Source of the DNA: an uncultured delta proteobacterium
GTDB lineage: Bacteria > Desulfobacterota > RBG-13-43-22
Direction of reading: 5' to 3'
Length of the DNA: 64,000 nt
Assembly (NCBI GenBank): GCA_963790475.1
Contig: CAWBOS010000006.1
Coordinates: 704,001-768,000, forward strand
In this document: in pieces, positions 50,566-59,346 of the stretch
How the letters are laid out: the number at the start of each line of letters is the position of its first letter
Position numbering within the stretch: position 1 is the stretch's first letter
Translations under genes and position numbers: made by a program
Notes under the pieces: model-generated
Seen by the model: only the letters and a program-made list of their open reading frames with translations
What the model was told of the DNA's origin: nothing
Databases searched by the model: none

Positions 50566-51387
50566 ATGATCAACAACTCAGCACTCCAAAAATGGGATCG
50601 ACTGGCCCAGAAACAATTGGATCGACAGTTCATGAATGAAATCATCCAAGGTCTGCAATGCTCGCCTTTCGAAGCCGGTGCCATCCTGGACACCGTCTAC
50701 AAAGTGTATCGACCTTATTTTGAAACCAGTGGCACGCTTAAGCCAGGGCAATTACTCTTTCAGGTAATTGCGGTGGAAGCGTCCCCGAATAAACCTTTAG
50801 CTCAGGGCCGACAAGTGACCGTAACGCTGACTCTCGATTCCGGTCCGGAGGACCTGAAGATCCGAAAGCAAAAAGGGATCATCGGACTCAGGCAGCACCG
50901 ACTCCAGCGGGTTTGTCACGAAGCCTTCCAACAAGGAGGCTTGTTGACCCTGGAGGACTTGGCCAATCGGTTGTTCAATTGTGGCGAAAGAACCCTGTCT
51001 CGAGATCTGCAGGCCCTCCAAGAAAAAAAGGTTCTCTTGCCCCTTCGTTCCACGATTAAAGATATGGGCCGTTCCATTTCCCATCGTAACCTAATCGTCC
51101 AGGAATGGCTCCAAGGAAAAGAATATACCGAAATCGCTCAGACCACCCATCATAGTATTCCTGCCATAAAAAACTATATCGACAAATTCAAACGGGTCAT
51201 CGCTTTAACCGAGGAAGGATTTGACCGCCATACCATCGCCTTCCTGGTCAAACTTTCGGCTCAACTGGTTGAAGTCTATTATCAGCTTTATCAAACTCTT
51301 ACGATCGTTCCTCATCGGAAAGAAGAATTGTGCCTTTTTCTAAAAAAAAAGAGCCCCTTCCCGACGCCGCCCAGGAGGATCCGATGA
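50566..51387 (+). CDS. DUF1670-like protein A (273 aa)
   Basis: ATG 50566 after GGGGAGGA; LKPGQ, EAFQQGGLLTLEDLA, RTLSRDL, LPLRSTIKDMGRSISHR, HSIPAIKNY. Confidence 0.78.
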   Translation: MINNSALQKWDRLAQKQLDRQFMNEIIQGLQCSPFEAGAILDTVYKVYRPYFETSGTLKPGQLLFQVIAVEASPNKPLAQGRQVTVTLTLDSGPEDLKIRKQKGIIGLRQHRLQRVCHEAFQQGGLLTLEDLANRLFNCGERTLSRDLQALQEKKVLLPLRSTIKDMGRSISHRNLIVQEWLQGKEYTEIAQTTHHSIPAIKNYIDKFKRVIALTEEGFDRHTIAFLVKLSAQLVEVYYQLYQTLTIVPHRKEELCLFLKKKSPFPTPPRRIR

Positions 51388-52133
51388 TTAAAGCGCCGGA
51401 CAGTCAAAAACGATATAACGCCGCCAGAGATCGCTTCCTCCAGGCGGGAATGATCAACTTTTTCGCCCGTGAATTCCCCAAACTCTTTGGCCCAGTGATG
51501 CGGCAAAAACTGGCCGAAGAAATTGTTGGTCTTTTTGAAAGCCTATCCCCGGAAGTCAAGCGACTGAAACCGGGGCAAATCCTTTGGAATGCCCTGGACC
51601 AGAAAACACGGGGCGATTCACCCCGCCGCAGATATGTTCCGGTCGTGTTATCCATCATTACCCCGGAGGATGTAGAACGACTGGCTCAAGGCCAGCCCCT
51701 GTCCCAGATCGCTGAAAAGGCCATCGCCCGCATAATCTTGGAAGCTCATGACCAAGGCGGCATCCTTTCCATGCGCGATATCGGCTTGCTCCTCTTAAAA
51801 CATCCATCCCAGGTCTCTCGGTTAAGAAAAAATTATGAGAAAGATCAGGGCTGCACTCTGCCGCATACCGGTGCCTTACATGACATGGGATCTTGTCTGT
51901 CCCATAAAACCACCATTCTGCAGAAGGTACTTGTCGAAAAAAAAGATCCGGCCGATGTCGCCAGAGAATGTCGTCATACTCAGCAAGCGGTCGACCGATA
52001 CCTTAAAGACTATCATCGTGTTAAAACGGTTTATGACCAAAATCAAGACCTAAATTATATCCATATCGTAACCGGATTAGCCAAACATGTGGTTAAACAG
52101 TACATTAACATCGTCAATCATGAAAACTTTTAA
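51384..52133 (+). CDS. DUF1670-like protein B (249 aa), paralogue of A
   Basis: AGGAGG RBS, ATGA overlap with the A stop; LKPGQ, EAHDQGGILSMRDIG, LPHTGALHDMGSCLSHK, HTQQAVDRY. Confidence 0.78.
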   Translation: MIKAPDSQKRYNAARDRFLQAGMINFFAREFPKLFGPVMRQKLAEEIVGLFESLSPEVKRLKPGQILWNALDQKTRGDSPRRRYVPVVLSIITPEDVERLAQGQPLSQIAEKAIARIILEAHDQGGILSMRDIGLLLLKHPSQVSRLRKNYEKDQGCTLPHTGALHDMGSCLSHKTTILQKVLVEKKDPADVARECRHTQQAVDRYLKDYHRVKTVYDQNQDLNYIHIVTGLAKHVVKQYINIVNHENF

Positions 52134-52154
52134 CTTGACCCGCCTACGGCGGGA

Positions 52155-52250
52155 TTGCCCTCATCCTTCATCATTGCGACGTACTTCTACGTACGTCTCA
52201 TTCCTCAGGATTTCGGGCGCCTTGTATCTGGACCTTTTTGAGCAACCTGT
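52155..52250. repeat. One arm of a second intergenic palindromic repeat (family B), truncated at the cassette
   Basis: TTGCCCTCATCCTT..GACGTAC-TTCTAC-GTACGTC..AGGATTTCGGGC..CCTTTTTGAGCAACCTG; the terminal CTTTTTGAGCAACCTG arm has no partner on the cassette side; family recognised from recall. Confidence 0.55.
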
Positions 52251-52275
52251 TAATAATGAGTTTTTCTACAAACAG

Positions 52276-53013
52276 TTAACTTATACCCGCGTTTGCTCTT
52301 TTTTGAAGAATCCGCCTGGCCGCCATTCGGACCGCAGCCGGAAGCATCAACCATTCATAAGGCAAGACCACTTCCTGCAGGGCCTTGGCTGCCTGTTTCG
52401 GATCCATCAACCCTTCACAAAAACCCTTTACGATGGTGCCCGGTATCAAAACTGCCTGCCGCAATAACATATCCCCGCCGTCATAATCCAACGTGGCCTT
52501 ATGCACGGTCGGATAGGTATAAAAATTATCCAACACCGTTTTCTTGGCGCGATAAATTAAGTCTTTCACTTCTTCCAGGACATGCTGGTGAACGGCCAGG
52601 GCGTACATCTTATCCCCGCCGTGACGGGCCGGATCGGCCGGATGAATATTATATATGTCCATCCCTTCAATCGGATAGACCTTATGAATACAGCCGACCA
52701 GAAAAATCAAATCCGTAAAGGTCGATTTCAAGATCCTGTTAACTGCGGCATTGAAATGATCCAACCCGGAATATTCTTTGTAATCGATCACCTCGCTGCG
52801 CACTCCATGGCTCCGGGCTTTTTCCAGACAACCGGCCCCTTTCCTGGTGCTGATCAGTATCGGCGGATTAATCTCCGGGATACATCCCGCCTCCCAGGCG
52901 GCCATGATGGAATTGGCATCCGTGCCGGAACCGGAAGCAATTAAGGCCAAATTAATCTTATCCGTGCCTGAGCTGCTTTTTGGCGAATAATCCTGTTTCA
53001 TTCCCTTTTCCAT
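52276..53013 (-). CDS. Formyltransferase family protein (divergent PurN-like)
   Basis: IASGSGTDA, NIHPAD, PTVH..YDGG. Confidence 0.75.
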   Translation of the reverse strand: MEKGMKQDYSPKSSSGTDKINLALIASGSGTDANSIMAAWEAGCIPEINPPILISTRKGAGCLEKARSHGVRSEVIDYKEYSGLDHFNAAVNRILKSTFTDLIFLVGCIHKVYPIEGMDIYNIHPADPARHGGDKMYALAVHQHVLEEVKDLIYRAKKTVLDNFYTYPTVHKATLDYDGGDMLLRQAVLIPGTIVKGFCEGLMDPKQAAKALQEVVLPYEWLMLPAAVRMAARRILQKRANAGIS

Positions 53014-53152
53014 ACTTCTCTCCTTTATTAACCTGACTCACCTCGCCTCACGAGTCTCTTTTTCAGACAAGATTATTTCATTTCCCGAAAGAATCTCAAA
53101 CGGCTTGCAGACCCCCAAATCCCTCAGAATCATATTTTTGATCGAACTCGTT

Positions 53153-56100
53153 TTATTTTGTTGCTTCTTCGACGGTCTTGATCTCCTCCTCTGTCAGCCC
53201 ATATAGATCATAAACCAGTTGGTCGATTTGGAGGTCGGTTGCGTCGATCTGGCGCTGGAGGACGATCTTTTCTTGGTCAGTTTTGGCCTCGGCCACTTGC
53301 TTATGTAAGGACAGCATTTGCTCGACATGGGCGACCATTTGGTCATGATGGGCCGTTTCTGCGGAGTCGCGCTTCATAATAGAAACTATTGGTAATTGCG
53401 CCAGGAATTGACGGTTGGCAGAAAGCCAGCCCCCTCGAAAGGGTGCACTGACAAAAGGAAAATACCAACGCAAAAGTTTTGAATTAAGCAATCCGAGAAG
53501 ATATATCATACCCAGCTCTTGAAATGCAGGCTTTAAAGTAATACCCCCAACGTCCACATTGTCCAGGAAATGACTGCCTTCTTGGTCATAAGCAGCATAT
53601 AATTTATCGACAAGGCGTGGAACGCACAGCTTTGGGAAAGATTGTCGTGCCATGTTTTTAAGGTAAAGATATCCGTACCAATGTGTTCCCTTTGCTTTTC
53701 CTTTTTCGCGTTCTTCTAATCGCTTTCTATTCTTTAGAAGGTATTCTGCGGTTTTTTGATAATTTTTAGAGATCAGATTGAAGTCAATCAATTTTACTAC
53801 TGAGTTTTCAATTCTATAGGGGAAAAGAATATATTGGCGGCGTGGCAAAGCGCGGTACCGGTTTACGTCTGATCCACTCACTAATGGGAACAATATATCT
53901 TTCTCAAATATCCAATCATCCCCAAGGGATTTGGATTTCAACCGCAAGGTGCGCGGTGTCTCTTCGATAAAATCCATAATGAATACATCATCTGCACTTG
54001 TTTGCAATCCAACAAAAACATCGGCTACCAATCCCAATTTTAAAGGTATCTCATTCAATCTCTCAAAAAGTCCAGCACTTTTTCCAATGGTAAAATTCCA
54101 TTCAGAAGGAGTAATTCTTGTTGAAGGAATTATTCTCTCGTTTGCCTTTCTCGTTTTGCTCCAGATATTCAAATCATCTACCTTAATAAATTGGAATTGT
54201 CTTGTACCTACCTTATCCAAGAATAAAAGACATGTATAAGTCGTCGCTCCGTCGAAGACCTGCTGTGCTCCAAAATGAACTATTTGAGAAAGGTGATTTC
54301 CCATTGAGATTGCATTGCGGAGAGGCTGGCCATACTGGGAATTAAAGAACTTGTGCGGCAGAATGAAGCCTAAATGCCCTTTAGGATTCAGAAGGCTCAG
54401 TCCTTTTTCAACAAAAACGACGTAAATGTCGTAATTGCCTTTACCGGCGGAAGCATAACGTTTCTTGTAAAACTCCACTTCAATAGGCGCCCACTCCTTT
54501 AAGGCTTGGATTCGCATGTAGGGTGGATTGCCAATGACTGCATCGAATCCCCCTGATTTCATGGCCTCGGGAAATTCGGTCTTCCAGTCAAAGGCATTGA
54601 TTCGATAAGCCTCATCTTCGTTCAAAAAGCTTAATTGCTGTCCTTGAGAAAAATCCGGCCCAATGAGGGAGTTGCCGCATTTGACATTATTGCCCAAATC
54701 TGGCAGGGCTCGTTCACGGAACAACTTGAGCTGTCTGGAGAAGGTTTGTTCGTTTTCTCCTTCCAGCACTTTTAATAAAAGCGATAGCTTGGTAACCTCC
54801 ACGGCTTGGGAGTCGATGTCCACTCCATAAATATTGTTCAGCAAGATGCGCTTACGCTCGGCAGTGGTTAGCTTCCACTCCCCCCTGTGACCTTGGCATA
54901 AAACAGGAGAACGTCCGGTGGTCCATTTCCGGGGTGTATTTTTCTGGTACCAGTCCAAATGCCAGCCCAGTAAATACTGATAGGCATTGATCAGGAATGA
55001 ACCCGACCCACAGGCCGGGTCCAAAATACGAATTTTAGCCCCCTGTTTGGGCGTCTTTCCGGTTACCAATTTCCCCAGGGTATTTTTAACGATGTAATCC
55101 ACAATATAAGTGGGAGTGTAATATACTCCACCGGCCTTCTTGACCTCCGGCTTGTCCTCTACGACTGCCCGGTGTCCGGCAGTCAGACGAATGACCTTCC
55201 CCAAAAACTGTTCATACACCTGGCCGAGGATATCGGCCGGCAGAACGAAAAATTCATAAGGGCTGTCGGGATAGTAAAGGTCCTTGATGATTTCCTTCAG
55301 CGGCGCATCATCAATAATCAAGTTGGGGGTGAGCCGGTCCGGTTCTTCATTCCGCCCTTTTTCTAAGGAAAAATGAAACAGGCCGGAATTATAACGTTCA
55401 TCGGCCAAACGGAAAAAATGATCAAGGCGGCGGTAAACATTGGTCCCATTGACTAACGATAAAAGCCGGTTGTAGTCTTCAATGCCCCGGTCCTCACAGA
55501 TACGCAGGAAAATGATCCGGTCGATAATTCGTTGGACGGAAAAGTTGAGCTCCCGCTGTGTGAGGTCCGGATTGCGCAGGGCCAGATTGCGGGCCAGGAG
55601 TTCCCGCCAGGATTCGATCTCTTTAAGAAAGGCCGTGTCCACCTCGGCCGTTCCTTTTTTCCCCTTACCCGCTTCGGCATATTTATCAAATGAACCCTTA
55701 AGAACCGCCTCATGAGAAAAGACAGAGACAATTTCTTCCCAATGTTGAACATATTCCTGTACGGTTAGATAAAGGACGCGGGCGGTTGAGGCTTTATCGG
55801 CCTTATCCGGTTTGATCCGGCAGTCATAAACAGCGAATTCTTCGAAATTGGTCAGGATACTCAAGGGAAGTTTAGCCGACCAGGCATAGCGGCGAAGCTG
55901 AAAGGCCGCGCCAATGTCTTCCTTAATCTTGATCGAGGGTTTCTTGGCTTCAATGAAAAATTTTCGGGTGCCGCCGATTCGGAAACAGTAATCCGGGGCT
56001 TTGGTCACTCCCCCCACTTTAATGGCATCTTCATGAATGACATCCTTATAGGACTCGGCATACCCCTGCTTGTTGTTCACGTCCCAGCCCAAGGCCTCAA

Positions 56101-56221
56101 AAAAAGGATCGACAAACTCCCGGCGCAACTGGGTCTCGTTGTAAGGGTCGGAATGATAGGCTTGATGGTTTTGTTCAAACCGGTTGATCAGTTCGGTGAT
56201 AACAGGAGGAAGTGCGATCAT
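53153..56221 (-). CDS. Type IIG (Eco57I/TaqI-C-like) fused restriction-modification enzyme
   Basis: PDY..FFIEAKK nuclease; GVYYTP, DPACGSG motif I, GNPPY motif IV; C-terminal TRD and IDQLVYDLYGLTEEE. Confidence 0.9.
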   Translation of the reverse strand: MIALPPVITELINRFEQNHQAYHSDPYNETQLRREFVDPFFEALGWDVNNKQGYAESYKDVIHEDAIKVGGVTKAPDYCFRIGGTRKFFIEAKKPSIKIKEDIGAAFQLRRYAWSAKLPLSILTNFEEFAVYDCRIKPDKADKASTARVLYLTVQEYVQHWEEIVSVFSHEAVLKGSFDKYAEAGKGKKGTAEVDTAFLKEIESWRELLARNLALRNPDLTQRELNFSVQRIIDRIIFLRICEDRGIEDYNRLLSLVNGTNVYRRLDHFFRLADERYNSGLFHFSLEKGRNEEPDRLTPNLIIDDAPLKEIIKDLYYPDSPYEFFVLPADILGQVYEQFLGKVIRLTAGHRAVVEDKPEVKKAGGVYYTPTYIVDYIVKNTLGKLVTGKTPKQGAKIRILDPACGSGSFLINAYQYLLGWHLDWYQKNTPRKWTTGRSPVLCQGHRGEWKLTTAERKRILLNNIYGVDIDSQAVEVTKLSLLLKVLEGENEQTFSRQLKLFRERALPDLGNNVKCGNSLIGPDFSQGQQLSFLNEDEAYRINAFDWKTEFPEAMKSGGFDAVIGNPPYMRIQALKEWAPIEVEFYKKRYASAGKGNYDIYVVFVEKGLSLLNPKGHLGFILPHKFFNSQYGQPLRNAISMGNHLSQIVHFGAQQVFDGATTYTCLLFLDKVGTRQFQFIKVDDLNIWSKTRKANERIIPSTRITPSEWNFTIGKSAGLFERLNEIPLKLGLVADVFVGLQTSADDVFIMDFIEETPRTLRLKSKSLGDDWIFEKDILFPLVSGSDVNRYRALPRRQYILFPYRIENSVVKLIDFNLISKNYQKTAEYLLKNRKRLEEREKGKAKGTHWYGYLYLKNMARQSFPKLCVPRLVDKLYAAYDQEGSHFLDNVDVGGITLKPAFQELGMIYLLGLLNSKLLRWYFPFVSAPFRGGWLSANRQFLAQLPIVSIMKRDSAETAHHDQMVAHVEQMLSLHKQVAEAKTDQEKIVLQRQIDATDLQIDQLVYDLYGLTEEEIKTVEEATK

Positions 56222-57495
56222 TTCTTTTTTTTCGTGTTTCGGTTATGGGCGGGCAGGGATAGTCGCCACAAGGCATCCACCGGCAAAGCCTGCAATCGGG
56301 ATCCAAAGGGAATGGATTCGGTCCCGGTGTAAAAGACCAAACCCCGATGAAATCGTTTTCCGACTTCTTCTGATAAAAATTTTATTGATTTAAAGTCGTG
56401 GATACCCACGGTATTGCTGGCCTTGATCTCGATAGCCGTCAATCGCCCCTGGGCATCCTCCAGAATAATATCTACCTCTTGTCCTGATTGGGTGCGGAAA
56501 TGAAATAATTGCGGCTGTGTCCGACTCCAGGAAATTTGTTTCCGAAGTTCCATGACCACAAAATTTTCAAGAAGAGGTCCGACGTGGGAGGTATAGGCCA
56601 TACCCTGATCCGCCCTTAGTCCTAAAAGATGGGCCAGCAAACCCGTGTCAGTGAAAAAGATTTTGAAGGATTTAACCAGCCTTTTACTTAGGTTTCCTGA
56701 CCATGAGGGAAGCGTTTGAATCAGAAAGGTTATCTCCAACAGACTCATATAACGTTTGAGTGTCGTTTGGGGAATGGTGGTGCTCCGGGAAAGTTCTGAA
56801 AAATTAAGCAGGGAGGTACTTCGAACTGCCAAAAGAGAAAGCAATCTTGGCAGCATGGTAAGGCCTTCGATCTGAGCCAGATCACGCACTTCACGTTGCA
56901 GAATAGTGTTTACATAAGAATTGAACCAAGCTCTGCGTCGGGATTCCTGCGATCGAGCGAGAATCTCCGGGAAACCACCAGGCAAAACAATCTTCGTGAA
57001 AAGATCGGTGCGGGATGCTGGGTCCCCGACCAAGACCGGCAATTTTTCACTGAAGACGGCATCGATAAAATTTTTTTGAATACCTTCTTTTTCACCCTGG
57101 GAAAAAGGCCAAAGGGTAAGGATTTCCATCCTCCCCACGAGGGATTCGGAAAGAGAGGGCAGAAATAAAACATTAGCTGACCCGGTGAGCAAAAATCGGC
57201 CGGGTTGGCGATGGCGATCCACTTCGGCCTTTATAGCCAGGAAAAGATCAGGAACCCTTTGGACTTCATCCAAGACTACCGGTCCTTCCAGACCGGCCAG
57301 AAACCCGGCAGGATCATGTCGGGCGGCTGACAAGATAACCGCATCATCAAAAGTGAGATAACGGGCAGGATGCTCTCCGGAGGCCAACCAGCGGACCAAG
57401 GTGCTTTTCCCTGTTTGACGAGCACCGATCAGCATTACCACCGGGGTATCGTTTAAGGCTTCCAGAAGAAACGGGGTGATATTTCTCCGAATCAT
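56218..57495 (-). CDS. AAA_14 ATPase + DUF4143 (C-terminal PD-(D/E)xK-like) protein
   Basis: GARQTGKST, LDEVQR, LTGS, ESLVGR, GGFPE, DTGL, EVD...IEIK. Confidence 0.88.
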   Translation of the reverse strand: MIRRNITPFLLEALNDTPVVMLIGARQTGKSTLVRWLASGEHPARYLTFDDAVILSAARHDPAGFLAGLEGPVVLDEVQRVPDLFLAIKAEVDRHRQPGRFLLTGSANVLFLPSLSESLVGRMEILTLWPFSQGEKEGIQKNFIDAVFSEKLPVLVGDPASRTDLFTKIVLPGGFPEILARSQESRRRAWFNSYVNTILQREVRDLAQIEGLTMLPRLLSLLAVRSTSLLNFSELSRSTTIPQTTLKRYMSLLEITFLIQTLPSWSGNLSKRLVKSFKIFFTDTGLLAHLLGLRADQGMAYTSHVGPLLENFVVMELRKQISWSRTQPQLFHFRTQSGQEVDIILEDAQGRLTAIEIKASNTVGIHDFKSIKFLSEEVGKRFHRGLVFYTGTESIPFGSRLQALPVDALWRLSLPAHNRNTKKKK

Positions 57496-57611
57496 GGCTA
57501 AATTTTAACCGAATGCCGGTTAATTTTCAACCAAAAAATTTAAGGATGTCGGGACGGATTATGAGCGACTAAGGTGCATTAAGATAAGAGATTTTCCCTT
57601 CTATTGGGGAA

Positions 57612-59000
57612 TCAGAGGTTGCCTTCCTCTTGCATCTTTCCAATCGATCGTTGGAATACGGCCCTGGCTGTATGGTAATCCCACCCGGCCTCGACCTGGG
57701 TGGCCAGGGCTCGGGCTAAAGCGGTCTGAGAATCCAAGAGATCGGTTACCGTTCCGGCCCCTGCTTCATATCGTTCCTTGGCCAACCGCATACTCTCCTG
57801 GGCATCCTGAACCAAGACTTTGGCGGCTTGCACCGCCTCATAGGCTTCTTTTAATTTAGAATGGGCTGTCCAGACCTCCTGCCGTAACTTTAAAAGAAGC
57901 TGCTTGGTCTCCGCCTCTTCCTTGTAAACCTCGACCTTAGTCCTGGCCAGATGATGCTGCCGGAAAAACCCGGTAAACAGGGGCCATTCAATGGAAACCC
58001 CGGCCAGCCATTCTTCATCTTGGGGGAAAAAATCGGTGTCCCTCCGGCCATAACTTCCTTCGGCCCGAACCTTAGGTCCAAAGGCGCTCTTGGCCGCCTC
58101 CACGCCCTCCTTAAGGGCTTCTATTCTTTTTTTGGCGGCTTTGATCTCCGGGCGATTTCGAATGGCCTGATCCAGGGCCTTCGAAAGATCGGGGAAATCC
58201 GGGGAGATTATATCTTCTTCCTTGATTTCAAGGGCAAGAGGACTTTCTACGGCCAAGCCCATTATGGTGTTTAAACTTCCTTTTGAAATTTGGATCAGAC
58301 TTTTAGCCCTGACCAGGGTCAGCTCGGCGTTGGACGTTTCCACCTGGACCCGGAGCACATCGGCCCGAGAAACCGCCCCGGCCGCATTCCGTTCTTTGGC
58401 CAATCGTAAATGATCGTTGGCCCGGCTCAGATTTTTTTCCGCCACTGAAAACATTTCCATGGCCGCGGTCAATCCGTAAAAACCCTGATAAACACCCAGT
58501 ACCAGATCCTGCGTTATCCTGGCTTTTTCCTCCTCGGCCACCCCCTGTCTGGCCAGGGCCGAACGATATTGGGCCCTCCGTTCGCCGCTGTCGAAAAGGG
58601 TATAACGGACCCGGAATCCGGCCTTCCAGTCGTCAGTTGGCCCAATGATTGTGGGGATGGGATGGCCAATGGAATTGCCAAGGACAGAAAGCCCGCTGGG
58701 CAAAAAGGCATGTTGTTGCCAGCGGGAATACCCGGCCTGGACGCCCAACTCGGGATAATAAGGGGCACGAGATTCTGCAACGGTCTCCCTGGCCGTTTGG
58801 ACACCCTTCCCGGCCGCCTCCTGAAGGGGGCTGGTCTCCAGGGCGATTTTGATACAGTCCTGGAGTGATAAAGGCTTGTTCGATGGGTCCTTACTGAGAG
58901 ACTCGGCCCTGACCGGCGCGATACTCACCATCAGGATGACCACAATTCCCATGAATCGAATTATCAGGTTGTTTCTTTTAGTCCTATTGAAAGGAATCAT
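57612..59000 (-). CDS. TolC family outer membrane efflux protein
   Basis: Signal peptide; two OEP repeats (YYPEL.., ERYEAGAGTVTDLLD). Confidence 0.9.
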   Translation of the reverse strand: MIPFNRTKRNNLIIRFMGIVVILMVSIAPVRAESLSKDPSNKPLSLQDCIKIALETSPLQEAAGKGVQTARETVAESRAPYYPELGVQAGYSRWQQHAFLPSGLSVLGNSIGHPIPTIIGPTDDWKAGFRVRYTLFDSGERRAQYRSALARQGVAEEEKARITQDLVLGVYQGFYGLTAAMEMFSVAEKNLSRANDHLRLAKERNAAGAVSRADVLRVQVETSNAELTLVRAKSLIQISKGSLNTIMGLAVESPLALEIKEEDIISPDFPDLSKALDQAIRNRPEIKAAKKRIEALKEGVEAAKSAFGPKVRAEGSYGRRDTDFFPQDEEWLAGVSIEWPLFTGFFRQHHLARTKVEVYKEEAETKQLLLKLRQEVWTAHSKLKEAYEAVQAAKVLVQDAQESMRLAKERYEAGAGTVTDLLDSQTALARALATQVEAGWDYHTARAVFQRSIGKMQEEGNL

Positions 59001-59092
59001 CGCCTTCTCCTTGTTAGCGGGTAACTGTAAAAAGTTCGGAGTATTGAGATTTTTACTCCAAATTATTCATTCTGAACTAAAAACTGCCGGCG

Positions 59093-59270
59093 TCGTAAAA
59101 AGTCGTCACCAAGCCTGCCCCGGAAGATTTCAATCCGGCGGCGAAAGCCGGGGTCCAGGAAATTTTACCTACTTAAGAAAACTGGATTCCGTCTGGAGTC
59201 TATCCCGCACTTGATGCGGGACCGGAATGACTTCCATTTGGAATCCGCGATTTTTTACGAGTTCATCAAA
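59093..59270. repeat. Complete family A palindromic repeat with two internal hairpin insertions
   Basis: TCGTAAAAAGTCG ... CGATTTTTTACGA terminal inverted repeats; inner GTCA..CCGG..TCCAG / CTGGA..CCGG..TGAC arms. Confidence 0.8.
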
Positions 59271-59346
59271 ACTAATTCCTTGTATCCTGACACCTTGGAT
59301 ACTATTTCAAGTCGCTGCATCCGACACAAGCGGATCCTCTATTTTC

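Larger units (their letters stand above)
50424..52154 (+). mobile_element. Putative transposase-less mobile cassette with two DUF1670-like genes
   Basis: CCCGCCTA direct repeat at 50425-50432 and 52139-52146; outer inverted 7-mer TCCCGCC/GGCGGGA; both flanking repeats are cut at these points. Confidence 0.7.

Noticed and set aside
50436-50639. 67-aa ORF in the cassette leader, and the longer starts at 50476 and 51330
   Set aside because: No convincing RBS; the ATGs at 50566 and 51384 have strong SD sequences.
52135-52146. IS-style junction promoter from right-end TTGACC plus left-end TATAAT on circularisation
   Set aside because: Joining at the 8-bp core leaves only 4 nt between the hexamers, not ~17.
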